Of a stretch of DNA of 64,000 nt, positions 58,059 through 64,000 are shown one piece after another (positions within the stretch are counted from its first letter, which is position 1; each line of letters opens with the position of its first letter). Both the position numbers and the translations under genes were made by a program. The notes under the pieces are model-generated. The model worked only from the letters and a program-made list of their open reading frames with translations, was not told the origin of the DNA and did not search any database. Origin of the DNA: Pelagomonas calceolata (Eukaryota); contig CAKKNE010000003.1 in assembly GCA_918797485.1 (NCBI GenBank), positions 1,116,001 to 1,180,000 on the forward strand, in the 5' to 3' direction.

Positions 58059-58081
58059 GCTAGTGTCTTACTGACGCTAGC
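58059..58081 (-). promoter_or_regulatory. Recurrent intergenic motif, reverse orientation
   Basis: GCTAGTGTCTTAC-TGA-CGCTAGC between divergent starts. Confidence 0.55.
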
Positions 58082-58240
58082 TCGGTTGGGCTTGCAAGCT
58101 TGCCACTCAGAGCGCGCGCTGTAAACAATAATAAAACGCGCGCGGTTAGAGCTGAGAGCTCTGCCAGAGCAGTACAAACCAGCGCTGCGAGGCCGAGAGG
58201 AGCCTCCGCGCGATAGCGGCCTGAGCGGCCGGAGAGCAGC

Positions 58241-61200
58241 ATGGATGCCCCATCATCCCCCGAGGAGCGGAGAGCTGAAGCAATGCGGAAAAAGAGCCAT
58301 CCCGGCTCGCCACCGATCGAGCTGAAAGGCAGGGAGATAGAGAGCACATTGACTCCGAAAGCGCAACCGATGCCGGCGCCGCCGCCGCGGCCCCAGAAGC
58401 CGCCTATCGTAAAAGAAGACGACGACGCCGTCACAGCCATCAGATTCGACGATGAGGACGCCGCGGCCGGCGCGCGACGCGTCAAAAGAGCGCTCACGGT
58501 GCTCGCCGACGCCAAACGACCGAGTAAAACGCGAGCCGCCGTGGCCGAGGCGCTCGCAACAATGTTGAGTGGAGACTCCGAGGCGTCCCGAGGCTGCCTC
58601 CGACTGCGAGGCTCTCAAGCTGGTGTTGATTTATTACCAGGAGGGGCATCATTAGCGTTTTTAAGAAGGGCCCAGCGCGCCCGGGGCTACACGGTCCTCT
58701 GCTGGGTGCGCGAGGCGCGGAGCTGTACGGAATTCACGGCCGCGAAGATCGGCCGCTGCCACGTTGTTGTTACGCCTGTCCGGGAATCAGGCTCATTGGA
58801 ATGGCGCGCGGAAGTGAATCTGGGCGATGGAAGAAGAAAGACGGCCGGCGGCCGCAGTGTAGACGATGGAGGAGCTAATGATAGAGATGACGGCGGCGCT
58901 GGTCATTCAAACGAGAAAGAAGATCTCGCGCCGCGCTGGCGGTTGTTAGCCGTGTCTCATGCGCAAAAGTATCTAAGTCCGGCCGAGGTCCAAGTAAGTG
59001 TCGACGGGCTGGCCGTGGGCGGCCCCGTCGCGGCGCAACTTCCCATTGCGGATTCATCAATACGCATTTCCGTGTTGGATGGTTTTGATGGGGTTGCCGC
59101 CTCTATAGCTTTGTTAGAGGGCGCCGCGTCATTAAAAGCCTTACGGGGCGCGTTCTGGCGCGGGCCGCGCGGCGGGCCGGGCGCCGCGGCGGGCGCCTTT
59201 AGAAGGGGCGAGCAACATGGGGAGAGTGACGACGAGGACGAGACCCAGGCGTCCCTGGCCAAACTGCGAGTTGCTTGTGCCTTGGAGCCCGGTCCTTGTG
59301 CGGCGTCGAATTTCATGCGATGGCGTCGGGGCGAGAGTGAGCGCGTGGGGGAAACAACAACAAAAATAAAAAAACGCAGGCCGCGCCGGCCAGGGAGCTT
59401 GGACGCCGCGCGGCGGCGGCGAGACGTCCGGTAGAGGAGTAGATGTGGCCCTAGGCGGCGCGAAGCCCACGCGCATCATCCTGCGGAACGCGTCTAGTGA
59501 AAGAGGCGCCGCGGCGCGATGTCGAGACGCCGTCGTCGCGAACGGCGGCTGCGCGGCCGTCGTGTCAAGTTGTGCGCCGGGCTGCGAGTCGGCCCTGCTG
59601 TTGATAGTTGCCGCATCACTAAGAAGGTGCGGCGCCGCGCACGCGGAGCGCGCCCTGGAAGAGAACGTCTTCGCGTTGCTGGCCACGAAAGTTACAAAAG
59701 GTGAAAGTGCAAGGAGCGCCTGGGCCGCGTTGGATGCCGCTGCCTACGCGCTCGGAGCCGGCTCGCAGCTCCACGCGCGGTCGTTGGGTGATTTATGGGC
59801 GTCCTCGACCTGGGCACGAGACAGGTCAGATGATCGTAGAGTAGCTTGGCTCGAGCAGGCGGCTTTACGGTGTTCGGCTGCCGCTCGAGCGCCGCCGCGG
59901 CGACGGAGGTCCGCACGGCTATTCGCGTCGGCATTGAGACGAGGTGTCGGCGTCGAGAAGCTGTTTAGGGTAGCGCGATCACTACTGAGGGACGTGGACG
60001 ATCCTAGTAAAAAAGCGAGAGGCGCCGCCGCAGCTCGACATTTAGCCACGGCCGCGTTGGTCGACGAGATGCGACGGCCGGGCAAAGAGTCGGACGGCCT
60101 TGACGGTGCTCGAGCGTGCTGCCGGTGCGTCCACGATACAAATGGAGACGCCGACGGGTCTGTGAGAGGGGCCTTCGTGGCGGCGCTGGGCCGCGCGTTG
60201 TCTGGAGCCGACGATATGTGTCGGAGGAGGTGCGCCGAGGGGTTGCGTTCAGTACGTTTCGCGGAGACGACGGCCCTAGCAATATTAGCGGACGAAGCGA
60301 AGACGAAGCCGTTACTGAAAAGGGCGGTATTAGGACTAGCCCTGTGGCAGCACGCCTGGGTTGATAGACATTTAGCCAAACTCGTGGAAGCTACGCGACA
60401 AGAAAGTGCCAATGACCATTCAGACGACGAGGACCCTCTCGGAAGTGCGCGTAGATTATCTGAAGTATTAAGAGCGCAACGGGACGCGCGTCGAAGCGCG
60501 CTACGAAGTGCCGCGACGCTAGCCTTGGCCGTGAGTGACGCCCTCGAGTCGAAGGCGTGGCAAGCATCACAAAATGAAATCGAGGAAATCATCAGGACGC
60601 TCGGCGTTTTGGACGACGAGTCCTGGTTGGCTCCGCCTTTGTGGTTAGCTTTACCTTTATTAGCGGCTGTTATTAGCGAGGCGTCGTCTGATATCTCTGC
60701 CCGAGCCGTCGGCGCGGCGTGCGCTAGGGCCAAGTCCACGGATCTCAAAGAGGTCTGTTCTTTGGAGGCGTGGTATTCTGTTGGTGCTTTTGTGAAATTA
60801 GCTTCCTCCGGAAATACTACCGTGCGGTTATTATCCTTAGATGCTCTAGGACACATCTGTGTCAGAGCCAAAGCCTTGAACCCCGACGCGTCGCATGCCG
60901 AAGAAGGCATGGAGCTAGCACCAAGCGTGTGGCGCTCGTTATGTAGGTGTTTGAACGCTAGATCAGGACCGGCGCACGCACCTGCATTAATAGATGTCCG
61001 AGCGCGCGCGGCGTTTGCCTCAATAGCGTCGCAGTGCTGCCGGCGACTGGCCGCGGAGTGTTCAAAAAGTCCGCGGGACGCCTGCGTCGCCCTATCACAA
61101 TTGCTTGCATATGTTGTAGAATCCTTGTGGCCGGGACCGTACATCCGGGGCGAAGCTAGACAGCGGAATGGGGAAGTCTTGCTGTTCACGGACGGCATCG

Positions 61201-64000
61201 TCGAACCCGTGAAGATCGACCAGGACGCCAGAGACGCGGCGAACGACCAAGCCAAGTCTATTGAAGATGCGCAGGACGTCCTCCAGTTAGCTTCTGCTAT
61301 TGTTGATGCTTCTAGATCCGTGCGCATGGTCTCCCAGTCACTCACGGCGCCGCCCTCGAAAGACGATGCGAAGGGCTGGTACGGCGCGGCGCGTACAATG
61401 GCGAAGAAGATGGTCTCCGATCAGGGCCGAGAGCGGGACCGGAAGCGAGACGCCGACGCCTGTTTACTGGCCTGTCGGCGCTGCGCTCGCACGCTGGGTC
61501 ATGCTCTGTTCTGGGCGAACGATGCTTCTATTGCTGATGAATTGCGATTGTCTGTGCTGACGTCGATCGCACTGGCGGACACGAACGAGTCCGAGACGTC
61601 GCTCGGCTTGGCCGTGGCCGCCCGGGACGACGCGCTGCACGCCTTGGTCTGTCTGCGCGAGTTTTCTCGTAGAGATGGAGACGCTTCCCCTTGTACCTTA
61701 CAGCTCGTCAAGAACCTCTACGCGCACGGCAATTTCTTAACACCAGGCTCGCCCCAGCGGCGCCAGTCGGTGCACGGTGGCATAGCAGCAAAAAAGGCCG
61801 CCGATGCGATCGCGCCCTGTATAAATGGGAAGGACGCGACGCAGTGCTTCGCTTTATTAGCTGAAAGGTTAGATGAAGCGTCCCGAAGAGACCGCGACGA
61901 TGTTGAATTACAAATAGCGTCGTTCGCGGGCGACGACGCCTTCGAGGAGATTGATAGTTCGAGATGGCTACGGCCGGACGACACCGACTTGTCGAGACGA
62001 GCGGCATCCGCGTTTGCCCATTGTGCACTCGCTCGTGCCACAGCTTCCAAGAGGAGGGAGGCGGCGGATAATCGGGATGCGAGAAGGCGGCTGATGGATG
62101 CTACCGAAGGCAAGCGCAAGACGCGGGATGTACGGGCGGTGCTCGGCTGTTCTGTACAGGTCGAAGGACAGACGAACTGGTCATTAGCGTCGTCTTTCGG
62201 CGACGGTCTCAGGAACGCTTCTGTGGTAGCACCTAGGGAAGACGCTGCGGTCGAGCTGAAGGCGCACGACGACCCGCGCGAGGTCGAGGCGCAGATTAGG
62301 AGAGCCCAGGCCGCCCACGACGCCGTCATCCGCAAGCGTGAAGAGGTGGCACAGGCGCTGAACGCGAAGCAGTCGCGGTCGCAGGAGGTTTCCGATGATG
62401 ATGAAGAAGAGGAGGTGAAGCCGTCGCCCCAGAAACAGCAACAGCCAGTTCAGGATGATGATGAGGAAGAGCACGACGATGTTGTTCTCGAATTAGATGA
62501 CGTGGCCCGCGTGACGCGGAAAGGTTTAGTACGGGGTCGCTTCGTGCTCACGGAGCAGTCCTTCAAGTGGAGAGGGGGCGAGTCGTACGACGGTAGACTG
62601 AACGACGTCTCCGCCGTGCTTCTGAGACGATATAGGTTGAGAGATGCCGGCGTCGAGATCTACGCTTCAAGTGGTGAGTCCTTGTTCCTAGATTGCACGG
62701 CGGAACGGTTAGTACCCAGAGACATCACGGAGACGTTTTCCGACGACGATGCTTCAGACAACGACGAGCCGGGTTCACCAACGCCGTTCGGGGACCGACG
62801 GTCGAGCCTGGAGCCGCCTTCTCTCGACCAAGCCGTGAAAGATGGTAAAAGAAGGGACGAATTGGTGCGGAAGCTCATCTCCAGTGTAAGAACGGCTCGA
62901 GCTCGAGGTGGCGGGAACGGCGATCGCGGCCCGCCGGGCTTGTTTCCCCTGTTGCAGGCGCCTAAAACACATCCTAGGCGACTATTGAGGAGAGCCACGC
63001 GGTGCTGGCAGGAGCGGCAGTTGTCGAACTTCGACTATTTACTGATAGTAAATGCTTTAGCTGGCCGGTCCTTCGAAGATCCCTGTCAATACCCGGTCAT
63101 GCCCTGGGTCATCTGCGACTTCAAGAGTCATACTCTATATTTAGATCGACCCCAGACCTACCGAGACCTCCGGAAGCCGATGGGGGCCATCAACGAAGAT
63201 AGGTTAAGGGAGACGGTCAAGCGCCACGACGCCTTTGATGATACGCACATGCCGAAATTCCACTACGGGTCGCATTATTCTACCGCTGCCGGTGTCGTGG
63301 TGCACTACTTAGTAAGATGCCGGCCCTGGAGTGAATTACATTGCGATTTGCAGGGTGGCCGGTTTGACGTCGCCGATAGGTTATTTGCTTCGGTCTCAGA
63401 TGCCTGGGACGCGAACAGCGGTGCCCGCGGCGAGAAGGCCGGCAACGAGGTGAAGGAGCTGACGCCGGAGTGGTACTCGTCGTCGGCGTTTCTGGTCAAT
63501 AGAGGCAGGCTCCCGCTCGGTGCCGCGCAGGACGGGCGCGAGGTCAAGGACGTGGCCTTGCCGCCCTGGGCTGAAAACTCACCTTCGAAGTTCGTGGCCG
63601 GCATGCGTTCAGCTTTAGAACATTCCTACACGTCCTTGCATTTACACGACTGGTTAGATTTGATCTTTGGGCGGAAGCAGCGGGGACCGCTTGCGGTAGA
63701 GTCGGCCAACGTGTTCTTCTACCTGTGCTACGGGGATCAAGTTGATCTAGATGCGATCGAGAACCCGAAACTACGAGCGGCCACTGTACTCCAAGCGTCG
63801 CACTTCGGCCAGTGCCCGCTCCAGCTCCACTCGACGCGGCCGTGGCCCTGCCGCGGGCCGCCGCCGCGCTGGCGGCCCCGCGTGTTAACCTCACAAGTGC
63901 AGGACGACCCGCGGTTGCAGTGCTTCGTGCCAAGGGAACCGGCCAACGAGTCGCTGGCCGTCGCGCGCGCGGCGGGGCTCTTCCACGGCTTTCGAAGTAG
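58241..64000 (+). CDS. BEACH-domain protein (neurobeachin-like; ConA-like, PH, BEACH); exons 58241-59336 and 59380->64000, runs off the window
   Basis: Manual translation: WQERQLSNFDYLLIVNALAGRSFEDPCQYPVMPWV...YRDLRKPMGA...FHYGSHYS...QGGRFDVADRLF...VKELTPEWY...WLDLIFGRKQRG...FGQCPLQL; frame change at about 59.35 kb explained by GTGAGC..GCAG intron 59337-59379. Confidence 0.88.

Noticed and set aside
3413..58081. Recurrent CTAG motif as a CRISPR repeat or attC-like array
   Set aside because: Copies are kilobases apart, irregularly spaced and on both strands; no cas or integrase gene; eukaryotic context.

Overview
GC-rich, very gene-dense eukaryotic nuclear DNA. The fucoxanthin-type LHC, signal-peptide plastid proteins, MYND-RING-TPR and DUF285 families, and TIR introners point to a pelagophyte stramenopile alga (Pelagomonas/Aureococcus-like); this is an inference. 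About 37 protein-coding genes, mostly intronless. No rRNA, tRNA or CRISPR was recognised. Main observations: (1) a 1241-aa gene (7710-11435, minus) joins an MLKL-type N-terminal helical bundle, an intact Ser/Thr kinase, a charged linker, WSC-like/beta-trefoil/WSC-like domains and a CaaX tail. Right after its stop lies an exact 33-bp copy of its linker leading into a WD40-like stub, suggesting a modular immune/cell-death receptor with an exchangeable sensor. (2) A family of non-autonomous TIR elements with 8-bp target-site duplications (TSDs) forms precisely spliceable introns, with up to 8 copies at different stages of decay. (3) An oriented intergenic motif, GCTAGCG-N3-5-GTAAGACACTAGC, recurs upstream of genes. 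(4) A PKA-like kinase has lost its catalytic Asp. (5) A small ORF overlaps trmB through ATGA. (6) A repeat-rich gene-poor island lies at 15.7-20.1 kb. All domain calls come from motif recognition by eye, not database searches, and splice models are unverified by RNA data.
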